A stretch of 63,037 bases of DNA, counting the filler, from Octopus bimaculoides (Eukaryota), in the NCBI RefSeq assembly GCF_001194135.2. It is 5 parts of 5 records of this genome, joined end to end, with 100 filler letters (N's around TTAATTAATTAA, not from the genome) between each part and the next. Parts side by side here need not be neighbours in the genome. Positions count along the whole stretch, not along the records: positions 29,728 to 42,475 come from NC_068991.1; positions 42,576 to 50,840 come from NW_026356309.1; 3 more parts are not named here. The stretch is one strand, 5' to 3'. How positions within the stretch are numbered: the stretch's first letter is position 1; each line of letters begins with the position of its first letter. The notes under the pieces are model-generated. The model saw nothing but the letters and a program-made list of their open reading frames with translations, ran no database searches and was not told the origin of the DNA. The position numbers and the translations under genes are program-made. This document shows, in pieces, positions 38,719-50,368 of the stretch.

Positions 38719-39038
38719 CTTCTCGCTCGTATGTGTGTGAGTGTGTGTTCTTTTATTCTTTTACTTGTTTCAGTCATTTGACTGCTCACAGATAAGTACA
38801 TATATTATGCACATAGAGGTTATAAATGTGAATGCGTATTCATGCATATTTGACAAATACTTTCTATGTGTTCGTGTGTGCGCGGACGTTTAAAAGCCAA
38901 AAATTTGTATATTGGGTTTACACAGTGAATGAGGATAAGTAAAGAGAGATAAGCAAGAGCAAAAGTCTACTCTTGGTCGATTAAAATTCAACCTTTCAAT
39001 AGATCATTAAGTTTATATTTGTACTTTAAAGAAATAAG

Positions 39039-39140
39039 AGAAAATATTCAATAATGGGAGAGTCAAAACTATTGAAAAGTTTGCAAGACGCAACGAAAAT
39101 TTTAGAGAAATGAAGAAGGAAATAAGTGGAAATTTTACCG
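39039..39140 (+). CDS. Candidate exon (KIFNNGRVKTIEKFARRNENFREMKKEISGNFT)
   Basis: Strong CCG|GTGAGT donor and an open phase 1 to 1 frame; the acceptor is weak. It joins in frame to 41601-41660. Confidence 0.4.
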
Positions 39141-40648
39141 GTGAGTGTGTTAAAATTATAAGGCACCAAAAGAGAATGACTCTCTCCAGACACAACAGAA
39201 TATGCTGCAACACACGAACTCACATAAAGAATCTTGCAAACCAAACCCAAAAACAAAATAATGGGAAAGTTTAAAGAAAAAAAAACAGAAGTATTCGATA
39301 AGTAAACTATTTAAGTTTTCGCTTGTGACTTTTCCCTTCAATAATACACCTTTATTTATTTATAGTACGTAAATAGGCCCCCATATTTCGATTTGTTGTC
39401 CTAGCATAGTAGCATTTCTGTACTGACCAGACTATCTGATGTTGTCCTACACCGCTGGTCACAATGCACTTCTTCCCATCCTTGTTGCCTTCGAATAATA
39501 CCAACCTGCTGGCTAGGCGTACAACATTTTCCTTCAAGAGAATGCCAGTCTGTCACAAGGCTTCTTACACTGAAGAGTGCTTAGATCTTAGCTTTCAGCT
39601 TCAAACCATGATACATTTTGTAGTTCAGTTATATACAGCTCAAGACTCAGTGACAGTCGCAGTTATTTACAGTGCAGGACATAAGAGTTAAGCCACACCC
39701 CTTCACATAGCTTCATAAAAATACCATGTTAGAATATTCTTTAATAAAATCTCTTTTAAATTTATAAATAAACAGTTTTAAGACCGTTTTTCTTACTCAT
39801 TTTTCCCTAAAATATTTGAACAGTTGGCGTTAAATAATTATCAACGTTGTCGCATTTAGTACACTGAGTCTTTCAACGTTACGGTATTTTGATTTTTCGA
39901 TCATTTTAATTTCGACCTTTTTATGTCTGACCTTCTCGCGTTCGGCTAGATAAGTACGTTTCCGTATAACTCTGATAAATCGGCTATTGCAAATATAGTA
40001 AACACGGCACAGCAAGACCAATACTGAATTTTTATTAAAAAAAAGTTAATTCCCATTCTTTCTTTCTCATCGACATAACTAATAATTATATCTATATTGA
40101 TGCTACAGAAATGTTATCAACGCTCACTTAAAAATTAATCTTTTCTTTTACTCACGTTAATATCTAGTAATATATTGTGAATATTGTACAGCATCAATAT
40201 TCATAAAATTACTTAGCTATACTAACGAGAAAATTAACAAAACTAATTCGATCATCTAAATTTATCATGGAAATATAGACACAGTAAGTGATGCGTTTAC
40301 CCCAACAGAGGAAAATATCAATAATGATATTTGAGAATATTGATACATCCCCGTGTGGGGTACGCCTGCTGCGCGTTGCTGTACTATATCATGAATCTTA
40401 ATAAATTGATGTTTTATTGTGTTTATTATACGCGCGTGCGCACACAGACATACACACACAGTTGCGCGCATACACATACGTACATTCACGCGCGCGCACA
40501 TTACATACATTCATACACACATCCATACACACATGTACACACATTTATATGTTAAGCTTTATAAATAGAGATAATTGATACAGATCTTTTCTCCTTCACC
40601 CCTACCAACCTTCTTTCTATCGCTCTGTGTATCTCCGTCTATATCTCA

Positions 40649-40697
<49 letters not shown>

Positions 40698-41600
40698 CAA
40701 ATATATATTAATATTTATACANNNNNNNNNNNNNNNNNNNNNNNNNNNNNNNNNNNNNNNNNNNNNNNNNNNNNNNNNNNNNNNNNNNNNNNNNNNNNNN
40801 NNNNNNNNNNNNNNNNNNNNNNNNNNNNNNNNNNNNNNNNNNNNNNNNNNNNNNNNNNNNNNNNNNNNNNNNNNNNNNNNNNNNNNNNNNNNNNNNNNNN
40901 NNNNNNNNNNNNNNNNNNNNNNNNNNNNNNNNNNNNNNNNNNNNNNNNNNNNNNNNNNNNNNNNNNNNNNNNNNNNNNNNNNNNNNNNNNNNNNNNNNNN
41001 NNNNNNNNNNNNNNNNNNNNNNNNNNNNNNNNNNNNNNNNNNNNNNNNNNNNNNNNNNNNNNNNNNATATATATACACGTATGTATGTATGTATTATGTA
41101 TGTATAAGTATCTATAATTTGAAGTAGACCTAATTAAATTCTAAATTCATCTCACCATTTGTGTGTATGTGTGTGTGTCAGTATATATTTATGCATACGA
41201 TGTTTTCATGTCTATACAATAATAATAATAATAATAATAATGATAATAATAATAATAACAATAATAATAAATAATAATAACAAATTTATCGATTAAAAAC
41301 TCTACATACCTACGCTAATTAAACAGATAATTAACAAATTTGTTTTATAAGTAAATGATTACACAGACTGATGTAATAATACAATTTAAAGTAAATCTAA
41401 TTATAGAATTCTGTATTTCATTTTAATAATTTTGTTGATATAATTGCTCTAGTCTACTTCGTTATTTGTTACAGTTTGTGAGTACACTGAGAACATATTG
41501 TGAGCGTACTGTAGACAAATCGTGGGTGTACTACTGGGGTATAGTAATGATATCATATTATGTTGGTATGTATACGTTGATACAGTGTAGTTACTTTGTA

Positions 41601-41660
41601 GATCGGGATGAGATGATCTGGCGCCGCTGTTTGGACGCTAGTGATTTGGCACGGCTGAGA
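41601..41660 (+). CDS. Candidate exon (RDEMIWRRCLDASDLARLR)
   Basis: TTACTTTGTAG| acceptor and GAG|GTGAGT donor; 60 nt, phase 1 to 1, GC-richer than its flanks. Confidence 0.55.
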
Positions 41661-42242
41661 GGTGAGTAAACTTGTTTTTTGACACTGGAAGTAAACACAA
41701 ACATACAGACACAGGCAGAAATGTACACGTGCAGATAGAGTGAGAAAGAGGTGGAGCATCGTAGAAGATCCACACTGTTAGTTGATAGTTCAAAGGGATT
41801 CAAGCTTTGTTTTGCCGAAAGATTTCATATCCATTTCAGATCTAAGTACTCTGTTGGTCCTCTGAATTCTAGATCTGCAATTTTCATTAAATGTAAGCAT
41901 CTAGGCAAATTTCTATTATTGAACTAGAAAGCACCACCCTCTCCGGATTAAGCAATCACAAATTTTAGCCTTTTCCCATTGAATTAATTACACCAACCAC
42001 ATGAATTTCGATTCTAACGGCCAAAGTAACGCAACTCTTTACCACCGCATTTTTTCTTTTTTCTCATTTCTTTTATCTTTTCTTAATTCTTTCTCGTACT
42101 TTCTCGCTTTTTCTCGAAGAGCAGCCATGTAGTAAGCTGAGTTTCAATGATTTCTTGGAAATACACGGCAGGTTATGCAAGCTATGTGGTTGGGAAGCAA
42201 GTTTCTTACCACATAGCCACTCCTGCGCCTATATATATGCAC

Positions 42243-42295
<53 letters not shown>

Positions 42296-42779
42296 TGTGT
42301 GTGTGTCTGTGTCCTCAATGCACGCTCAACCCTCTGGATCAACTTGTACCATACTTGGGGTACATAAATAATTTGACCTTGGAAAGAATAATACGGTCTT
42401 GATTTAATTTTTTGAGTAAAAATAAATAATATTACTTTATAAAATAAAGATTCACATCTTCAAATCTTTTCTGAANNNNNNNNNNNNNNNNNNNNNNNNN
42501 NNNNNNNNNNNNNNNNNNNTTAATTAATTAANNNNNNNNNNNNNNNNNNNNNNNNNNNNNNNNNNNNNNNNNNNNATACATTCCCACAGACCCCCACAAT
42601 ATATTCTCAAACCCACAACACATTCTCAAAGTAACACTCCTACAGACATAGTCACTCAGACGCTCCATGGTCCTATAACAGAGTCACAAAGTTTTCCCAC
42701 AACACAATATCACAGGCCAGCGGTCTTCCCACAAGTTCCACAACAAACCTGCACCGATGGAAATTGAAATTGTACTTAC

Positions 42780-42827
42780 CTGTTTGATTCCATGACCATC
42801 TCTCCGGCTGCACCTTGTGGAAAGTCT
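42780..42827 (-). CDS. Well-defined 48-nt exon, possibly containing a start codon (GAGATGG: MVMESN..); gene unknown
   Basis: Minus strand TCTCTCTTTTCTCTTTCTCCCAAACAG| exon |GTAAGT. All three frames are open, so the coding frame is undetermined. Confidence 0.6.
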
Positions 42828-44137
42828 CTGTTTGGGAGAAAGAGAAAGAGAGACAGCGAGAAGGGATTAATTAAGTAATGATGAGAACTGCTATAACAAA
42901 TCTCTTATTTCTACAAGACACGAATATAGAAAAACCAGCGAGGGAGTCAATACGTAGTCATTCGACTCGCTAGAAACAGAAGCCAAATATTCTTTAAACC
43001 ACACACCGATGTTTTAAAAAAAAACGAAGGACACATTCTATAAGGAAGCTGTACATATTAAACTATTTCTAAATTTCTTTTATCATCAAAAGAAACTTCT
43101 AGATCAGGTCTCAATAACATCGTTTACAAACTCTATTCTTAGAATGACCAATTTTAAATACTATNNNNNNNNNNNNNNNNNNNNNNNNNNNNNNNNNNNN
43201 NNNNNNNNNNNNNNNNNNNNNNNNNNNNNNNNNNNNNNNNNNNNNNNNNNNNNNNNNNNNNNNNNNNNNNNNNNNNNNNNNNNNNNNNNNNNNNNNNNNN
43301 NNNNNNNNNNNNNNNNNNNNNNNNNNNNNNNNNNNNNNNNNNNNNNNNNNNNNNNNNNNNNNNNNNNNNNNNNNNNNNNNNNNNNNNNNNNNNNNNNNNN
43401 NNNNNNNNNNNNNNNNNNNNNNNNNNNNNNNNNNNNNNNNNNNNNNNNNNNNNNNNNNNNNNNNNNNNNNNNNNNNNNNNNNNNNNNNNNNNNNNNNNNN
43501 NNNNNNNNNNNNNNNNNNNNNNNNNNNNNNNNNNNNNNNNNNNNNNNNNNNNNNNNNNNNNNNNNNNNNNNNNNNNNNNNNNNNNNNNNNNNNNNNNNNN
43601 NNNNNNNNNNNNNNNNNNNNNNNNNNNNNNNNNNNNNNNNNNNNNNNNNNNNNNNNNNNNNNNNNNNNNNNNNNNNNNNNNNNNNNNNNNNNNNNNNNNN
43701 NNNNNNNNNNNNNNNNNNNNNNNNNNNNNNNNNNNNNNNNNNNNNNNNNNNNNNNNNNNNNNNNNNNNNNNNNNNNNNNNNNNNNNNNNNNNNNNNNNNN
43801 NNNNNNNNNNNNNNNNNNNNNNNNNNNNNNNNNNNNNNNNNNNNNNNNNNNNNNNNNNNNNNNNNNNNNNNNNNNNNNNNNNNNNNNNNNNNNNNNNNNN
43901 NNNNNNNNNNNNNNNNNNNNNNNNNNNNNNNNNNNNNNNNNNNNNNNNNNNNNNNNNNNNNNNNNNNNNNNNNNNNNNNNNNNNNNNNNNNNNNNNNNNN
44001 NNNNNNNNNNNNNNNNNNNNNNNNNNNNNNNNNNNNNNNNNNNNNNNNNNNNNNNNNNNNNNNNNNNNNNNNNNNNNNNNNNNNNNNNNNNNNNNNNNNN
44101 NNNNNNNNNNNNNNNNNNNNNNNNNNNNNNNNNNNNA

Positions 44138-44267
44138 ACTGGTGCTTAATTTATCGACCTCGAAAGGATGAAAGGCAAAGTCGACCTCGGCGGAATTCGA
44201 ACTCAGAACGTAATACCGCTAAGCATTTCGCCCGACGTGCTAACGTTTCTGCCAGCTCACCGCCTTA
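44138..44267 (-). mobile_element. SINE family A, 5' two-thirds
   Basis: GAAAGGATGAAAGGCAAAGTCGACCTCGGCGGAATTCGAACTCAGAACGT...GCTAACGTTTCTGCCAGCTCACCGCCTTA. Confidence 0.9.
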
Positions 44268-44601
44268 TTTATAGTTACATACACACACACACTCACACAC
44301 ACACACACACACACAATCATACATACACGTATATATATATTCTGAAACAAGAGTGTTGTTGTCAGTGACTTTGATATTTCGGCCAGTTAACCCATTGTCG
44401 GATGCATCAGAGCTAAACTAGGCTTTAACTCAAATACATCGCAGAGTAACCGTCTGTCCAATGGCTGAACGAAAGAACAAAAACGACGCAACCATAAAAA
44501 TGGAAATAAGACTTACTACCAATCCAAGGGAAATAACTCTGGATAAGGAAGTTATTTCCCTTGATAAATTTTCGCATTATCTTTTTTTTTCAGTTTTCTC
44601 T

Positions 44602-44670
<69 letters not shown>

Positions 44671-45317
44671 NNNNNNNNNNNNNNNNNNNNNNNNNNNNNN
44701 NNNNNNNNNNNNNNNNNNNNNNNNNNNNNNNNNNNNNNNNNNNNNNNNNNNNNNNNNNNNNNNNNNNNNNNNNNNNNNNNNNNNNNNNNNNNNNNNNNNN
44801 NNNNNNNNNNNNNNNNNNNNNNNNNNNNNNNNNNNNNNNNNNNNNNNNNNNNNNNNNNNNNNNNNNNNNNNNNNNNNNNNNNNNNNNNNNNNNNNNNNNN
44901 NNNNNNNNNNNNNNNNNNNNNNNNNNNNNNNNNNNNNNNNNNNNNNNNNNNNNNNNNNNNNNNNNNNNNNNNNNNNNNNNNNNNNNNNNNNNNNNNNNNN
45001 NNNNNNNNNNNNNNNNNNNNNNNNNNNNNNNNNNNNNNNNNNNNNNNNNNNNNNNNNNNNNNNNNNNNNNNNNNNNNNNNNNNNNNNNNNNNNNNNNNNN
45101 NNNNNNNNNNNNNNNNNNNNNNNNNNNNNNNNNNNNNNNNNNNNNNNNNNNNNNNNNNNNNNNNNNNNNNNNNNNNNNNNNNNNNNNNNNNNNNNNNNNN
45201 NNNNNNNNNNNNNNNNNNNNNNNNNNNNNNNNNNNNNNNNNNNNNNNACACACATATTGTAACACACATATTGTAACACACATATTGTAACACACATACA
45301 ACATATTTCTATGGTTG

Positions 45318-45590
45318 TTAACGACCTACAGTTATATCTACTCGTATTTCTTGTAATGTACGAATTAGCCGGTCTATTTCTCTTTCTGAAAATCCAAATT
45401 TATGCAGATTCTCCTTCAAGCATTTACTAACAAAACCTTGAGCTCCAACAATTATTATTGGCATGAATATGAATTCATAGTCTGGATATAGAAGCTGGAG
45501 GTTTCGAAACAGTTGTCCATATATATCCTCTTTCGCTTTGATTTTCAGAGAGATATTTATATCTGCAGGACAACTAACTTCTATCACGGT
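45318..45590 (-). mobile_element. Second R4-like RLE family, endonuclease-domain fragment
   Basis: IEVSCPADINISLKIKAKEDIYGQL...MPIIIVGAQG, an RLE I(D/E)V..P.D.N...K..K..Y...P.IVGALG pattern. It differs in sequence from the 14.2 and 17.0 kb family. Confidence 0.8.
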
Positions 45591-45979
45591 ACATACCTAT
45601 GTATGTATGTATGTATGTATGGATGTATGGATGGATGGATGGATGGATGGATGTGTGTGTATGTATGTATGTGTGTATGTATGTGTGCATGTATGTATGT
45701 ATGTATGTATGTATGTATGTATGTATGTGTGTGTGTGTATGCATGTATCTATGTCTGCACGTACGTACGTGTCCATGTATTCTTGTATAGAAGCACGTGA
45801 ATATGTGTATATATTTATGCAGAAACCGCTTATTCTATCAAGGGAGAAAACTCCGTAGCAGGGTAATTAACTCCGTCCGAACAAGAACATTACAACAACA
45901 CTGTGTGATTGTTGTTGTGAGACGTGGCATGCCGACCACAACATCACTTGTTAGACATTCGTGTTCTGTCTTCATTCTT

Positions 45980-46011
45980 CACTTCCGCTTTATTTTGACA
46001 TGCGCATTGCG
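45980..46011. promoter_or_regulatory. ETS-like (GCGGAAGTG on -) and NRF1-like (CATGCGCA) motif pair; possible promoter
   Basis: The two motifs lie ~10 nt apart in a short unique CpG-containing segment, 3 kb upstream of the minus-strand exon at 42827. Confidence 0.25.
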
Positions 46012-46074
46012 TTTTCATTCATCTCTTCCCTCTAACAAATCCAGTATGCAAATATTCACACACACACACACAGA

Positions 46075-46637
46075 GTCTCTTTTACTCTCTTTTACTTGTT
46101 TCAGTCATTTGACTGCGGCCATGCTGGAGCACCGCCTTTATTCGAACAAATCGACCCCAGGACTTATTCTTTGTAAGCTTAGTACTGGTTCTCTCGGTCT
46201 TTTTTGCCGAACCGCTAGGTTACGGGGGGACGTAAACACACCAGCATCGGTTGTCAAGCGATGTTGGAGGGACAAACACAGACACACAAACATATACACA
46301 CACATACATATATATATACATATATAGGACAGGCTTCTTTCAGTTTCCATCTACCAAATCCACTCACAAGGGTTTGGTCGGCCCGAGGCTATAGTAGAAG
46401 ACACTTGCCCAAGGTGCCACGCTGTGGGCCTCAACCCGGAACCATGTGGTTGGTAAGCAAGTTACTTACCACACAACGGGCTTCTTTCAGTTTCCGTCTA
46501 CCAAATCCACTCACAAGGCTTTGGTCGGCCCAAGGCTATAGTAGAAGACACTTGCCCAAGTTGCCACGCAGTGGGACTGAACCCGGAACTATGTGGTTCG
46601 TAAGCAAGCTACTTACTCCACAGCCACTCCTGCCCCT
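46075..46637 (-). mobile_element. SINE family C with a tandemly duplicated tRNA+CORE head
   Basis: Two ~148-nt head copies (46330-46475 and 46478-46630) share one 3' body. Confidence 0.92.
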
Positions 46638-46759
46638 ACATATACGTCCATAGACATATGTTTCACTTCCTCTCTCTCGCTATATATATGTATATAGACA
46701 CACACTCATACATACGCATTCATATTTATACATTCACCTTTGCATGTACATACTTATAC

Positions 46760-46801
<42 letters not shown>

Positions 46802-46949
46802 TCGTTCGTATGTTTGTTTACCTGTTTTAGATCGATGAATTCAGTAAAATATAGATTTGACACTTTATAAATTTATTAACATTATAATAAAATATAATTA
46901 TTCTATAAAAAAGAAATAATATAATGTAACACAATATTTCGTTGTAGGC

Positions 46950-47302
46950 ACACCGTCGCTTACGACGTCGAGGGTTCCAGTTGATCCGATCAACGGAACA
47001 GCCTGCTCGTGAAATTAACGCGTAAGTGTACCTTTAACGTAGTTCTCGGGGATATTCAGCGTGACACAGTGTAACAAGGCTGACCCTTTGAAAATACAGG
47101 CACAACAGAAACAGGAAGAAAGAGTGAGAGAAAGTTGTGGTGGAAGAGTACAGCAGGGTTCGCCACCATCCCCTGCTGGTGCCTCGTGGGGCTTTAGGTG
47201 TTTTCGCTCAATAAACACTCACAACACCCGGTCTGGGAATCGAAGCCGCGATCCTATGACCACGAGTCCGCTGCTCTAACCACTGAGCCATTGCGCCTCC
47301 AC
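46950..47302 (-). mobile_element. SINE family B, full length
   Basis: Reverse complement of 38365-38718. Confidence 0.93.
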
Positions 47303-47371
47303 AGCAAATAATTAATACAAATATATTCTACAATTTTATGATTGTTAGAAAAGTTTGTCTATTTTTTTTTA

Positions 47372-47472
47372 GACAAATATTGCTCTGACGAGGTTCATAT
47401 ACCTAATTGTAAATTTTTAATAAATTCACCAGAGGATATGAATCAAAAGAAATCGTAGGACATATATTTGTT
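47372..47472 (+). ncRNA. Decayed hammerhead-like Penelope terminal motif
   Basis: CUGACGA, a long stem II GGUUCAUAU(A)CCU/AGGAUAUGAAUC, then AAAAGAAAUCGUA, with flanking ACAAAUAU/AUAUUUGU pairing. The core is imperfect. Confidence 0.4.
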
Positions 47473-47552
47473 TTAATTATTTTTTAAAATATTATATTAT
47501 ATCTTCTTTTTTTATAGTATAATTATATTATATGATAATGTTAATAAATTTG

Positions 47553-48283
47553 GGATCTATTTTAAAACGGGGGCCACATTTTTCATCAATGTTTTACGTA
47601 GTGTTTTTGGTACGGAAAGACTTTCAAACTTCGTATACTTATCTATTTTGTGTTATAGAACAGAAAAATATTTTTGTATTCGAATTTATTTCATGTAAAA
47701 ATTGTCTTATTTCGATAATTTCAACCAATCACTGACAAGTATTCAGTTGTTTATATTTACTCCTTTGGCTGATTAAGCGGTGTAAAGCGTATTTAATCTC
47801 CATACCTTCGTTTTATTTGCTTTTTTCATTTTAAATTTGCTTTAACCCTAACCCTAACCGTAGGGTTAGGGTTAGGGTTAGGGTTAGGGTTAATTGTTTT
47901 AGAATCGTTTGTTTATGTAGTCGGCACTTAATGTATATCGGCTGAATGGACGTCAGTTATTGGTTGAAATTACAGAAATACGANNNNNNNNNNNNNNNNN
48001 NNNNNNNNNNNNNNNNNNNNNNNNNNNNNNNNNNNNNNNNNNNNNNNNNNNNNNNNNNNNNNNNNNNNNNNNNNNNNNNNNNNNNNNNNNNNNNNNNNNN
48101 NNNNNNNNNNNNNNNNNNNNNNNNNNNNNNNNNNNNNNNNNNNNNNNNNNATAACTTATGGATTTCTTTTTTTTTTAAGAAGACTAAGAGAAAAAGATGT
48201 TTTATATGACACATTCTACCAGTGTTCCAAGTTTCAAAGTGTTTCGTTAATGAAAAATGTGGCCCCCGTTTTAAAAAAGATCC
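47553..48283. mobile_element. Non-autonomous Merlin-like DNA transposon (MITE) with internal telomeric repeats
   Basis: 39-bp TIRs GGATCT(A/T)TTTTAAAACGGGGGCCACATTTTTCAT(C/T)AA(T/C)G with 3 mismatches; an exact 8-bp TSD TAAATTTG at 47545-47552 and 48284-48291; GG...CC termini. Confidence 0.85.
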
Positions 48284-48576
48284 TAAATTTGTAATATGTT
48301 AATTGTATCTCTCCATTTCCTTTCATATTTATTTATTGCCATAATACTATTCCGCGTTCGGATTTTTTTCTTCCCTTCAAAATTGCGGTATTTAACTGAT
48401 GAACCCGTGAAAATTGGATGTTTTCCATCCATTTCAAAGAAACTGGTTTTTCCTTGGATTGAACACACACACACACACATGTATATATTTGTATGTGTGG
48501 GTGTGTGTGTCTGTGTTTGTACCCCCACCATCGCTTATCCCTACAAGTAAATGTATAGAAGAATGTATATGTATAT

Positions 48577-48614
<38 letters not shown>

Positions 48615-48782
48615 ACGCACACATATATAAATATAGATTCAAAATGAATATGGTACTTAAGTTTAGGCACCAGAATTTAGTATGGTATTATCGAAACAAT
48701 TCGAAAAAATAAGGTGATCAAAAATCAAAATAAGCAACAAGGATATTCAAGGTTACTGCAGTACGATCGTTTNNNNNNNNNN

Positions 48783-48991
48783 GAATCACAGGTGCAACAG
48801 AAACAGGAAGTAAGAGTGAGAGAAAGTTGTGGTGAAAGAGTACAGCAGGGTTCGCCACCATCCCCTGCCGGAGTCTCGTGGAGCTTTAGGTGTTTTCGCT
48901 CAATAAACACTCACAACGCCCGGTCTGGGAATCGAAACCGCGATCCTATGACCGCGAGTCCGCTGCCCTAACCACTGGGCCATTGCGCCTA
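48783..48991 (-). mobile_element. SINE family B, 5' half
   Basis: Near-identical to 47095-47300. Confidence 0.92.
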
Positions 48992-48999
48992 CACAATCA

Positions 49000-49235
49000 T
49001 TGCATCCGCGCTCGTACATGTCCCACATACAAATAGGATGGAATGTGTTGCTTCTGTTGAGCCGTCGTATTCTACCGATATTAGCATCTTCAAAGCAATC
49101 AATGCTTGGATCTGCTTCATGGCATCAATTTTCTTGTAATTGCTCAAATGCTGTTACAACATTGTCTGTTGGCGCAAAAGCCAGGGACTTTCGACACCTG
49201 GTCGTTCTTTACTTCAGCAAACTGAGGAAAAATAC
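49000..49235 (-). mobile_element. MULE (Mutator/Phantom-like) transposase remnant
   Basis: KSLAFAPTDNVVTAFEQLQEN*...DCFEDANIGRIRRLNRSNTFHPICMWDMYER matches the MULE C-terminal LAF.P...V...F....DYFE.TYIG.R....W..Y.R pattern. Confidence 0.75.
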
Positions 49236-49314
49236 AACTTTTGAGCACAGGAAGATTCGCCCAAATGACAGATAAAGTGAAATGAATGACAGGTAGAGAA
49301 ATTGCCTGCCGGGC

Positions 49315-49766
49315 AGATATCTATCGGGCAATTGTCTCTATTGGGCAATTGTCTCTATGAGGCAATTGTGTCTATCGGGCAATTGTCTCTATCGGGCAAT
49401 TGTCTCTATCGGGCAATTGTCTCTATTGGGCAGTTGTCTCTTTCGGGCAATTGTCTCTATGAGGCAATTGTCCCTATCGGGAAATTGTCCCTATCGGGCT
49501 GTTGTCCTTATCGGACAGTTGTCTCTATCGGGCAATTGTCCCTATCGGGCAATTGTGTCTATTGGGCAGTTATCTCTTTCGGGCAATTGTCCCTATCGGG
49601 CAATTGTCTCTATTAGGCAATTGTCCCTATCGGGAAGTTGTCTCTATCAGGTAATTGTCTCTATCGGGCAATTGTCTCTATTGGGCAGTTGTCCTTATCG
49701 GGCAGTTGTCCCTATCGGGCAATTGTCCCATCGGGAAATTGTTCGTCGGACAGTTGACCTAGAACC
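49315..49766. repeat. Tandem array of a 16-17 bp near-palindromic unit (ATCGGGCAATTGTCTCT), ~25 copies, ending in a GGTTCTAGG terminus on -
   Basis: Directly visible; lies just 5' (minus strand) of the MULE remnant. Confidence 0.9.
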
Positions 49767-49769
49767 GTT

Positions 49770-50368
49770 CAAGTTATACCAATAAACGGAACAACCTGAT
49801 TATGAAAGTGGCTGAGTACTCCACAGAGACGCGTAAACTTAATGTAGTTCTCAGGGAGATTCAGCATGACACAGAATATAACATAGTTGGTCCCTTTAAA
49901 ATTACAGGTACAGCTCATCTTTGGCAGCTGAGTGGACCGTGTCTTGCTGAAGAACACAACGCTCCCGCGGGAATCGAACTCACAGCCTAATGATTATGAG
50001 CCGAATACTCAAGCCATTAAGCCAGGCGCCTTCGCAAATGCAAACTGGTTCTCCGTCGGTTAAGACGATGAGTGGTTCAAGTTGATAGGATCAACGGAAT
50101 ACTGTACTTATGATATCAACGTGCAAGTGGCTGAGTACTCCGCAGACACGTGTACCCTTAACGTAGATATAAGGGGGATTGAGCGTGACGCAGAGTGTGA
50201 CAAGGCTGGCCCCTTCTGAATTACAGGTACCGCTCGTTTTTGACAGATGATTGGACCGGAGCAATGTGAGATAAAGTGGCTTGCTCAAGGACAAAACGCG
50301 TCGCCAGGAATTGAACTCACGACATTACGATCGTCAGCCGAAAGACCTAACCACTGAGCCACGCGCCT
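49770..50368 (-). mobile_element. Two adjacent diverged SINE family B copies (~49770-50030 and ~50050-50368)
   Basis: GTGGCTGAGTACTCC.CAGA.AC...GTTCTC.GGGAGATTCAGC.TGACACAG...GGAAT.GAACTCAC. Confidence 0.85.

Noticed and set aside
47843-47892. Ancestral telomere-telomere chromosome fusion site
   Set aside because: The repeats are very short and lie inside a TIR/TSD-bounded transposon.
27101-50368. tRNA genes
   Set aside because: All A/B-box matches are SINE heads followed by SINE bodies; none forms a full cloverleaf.
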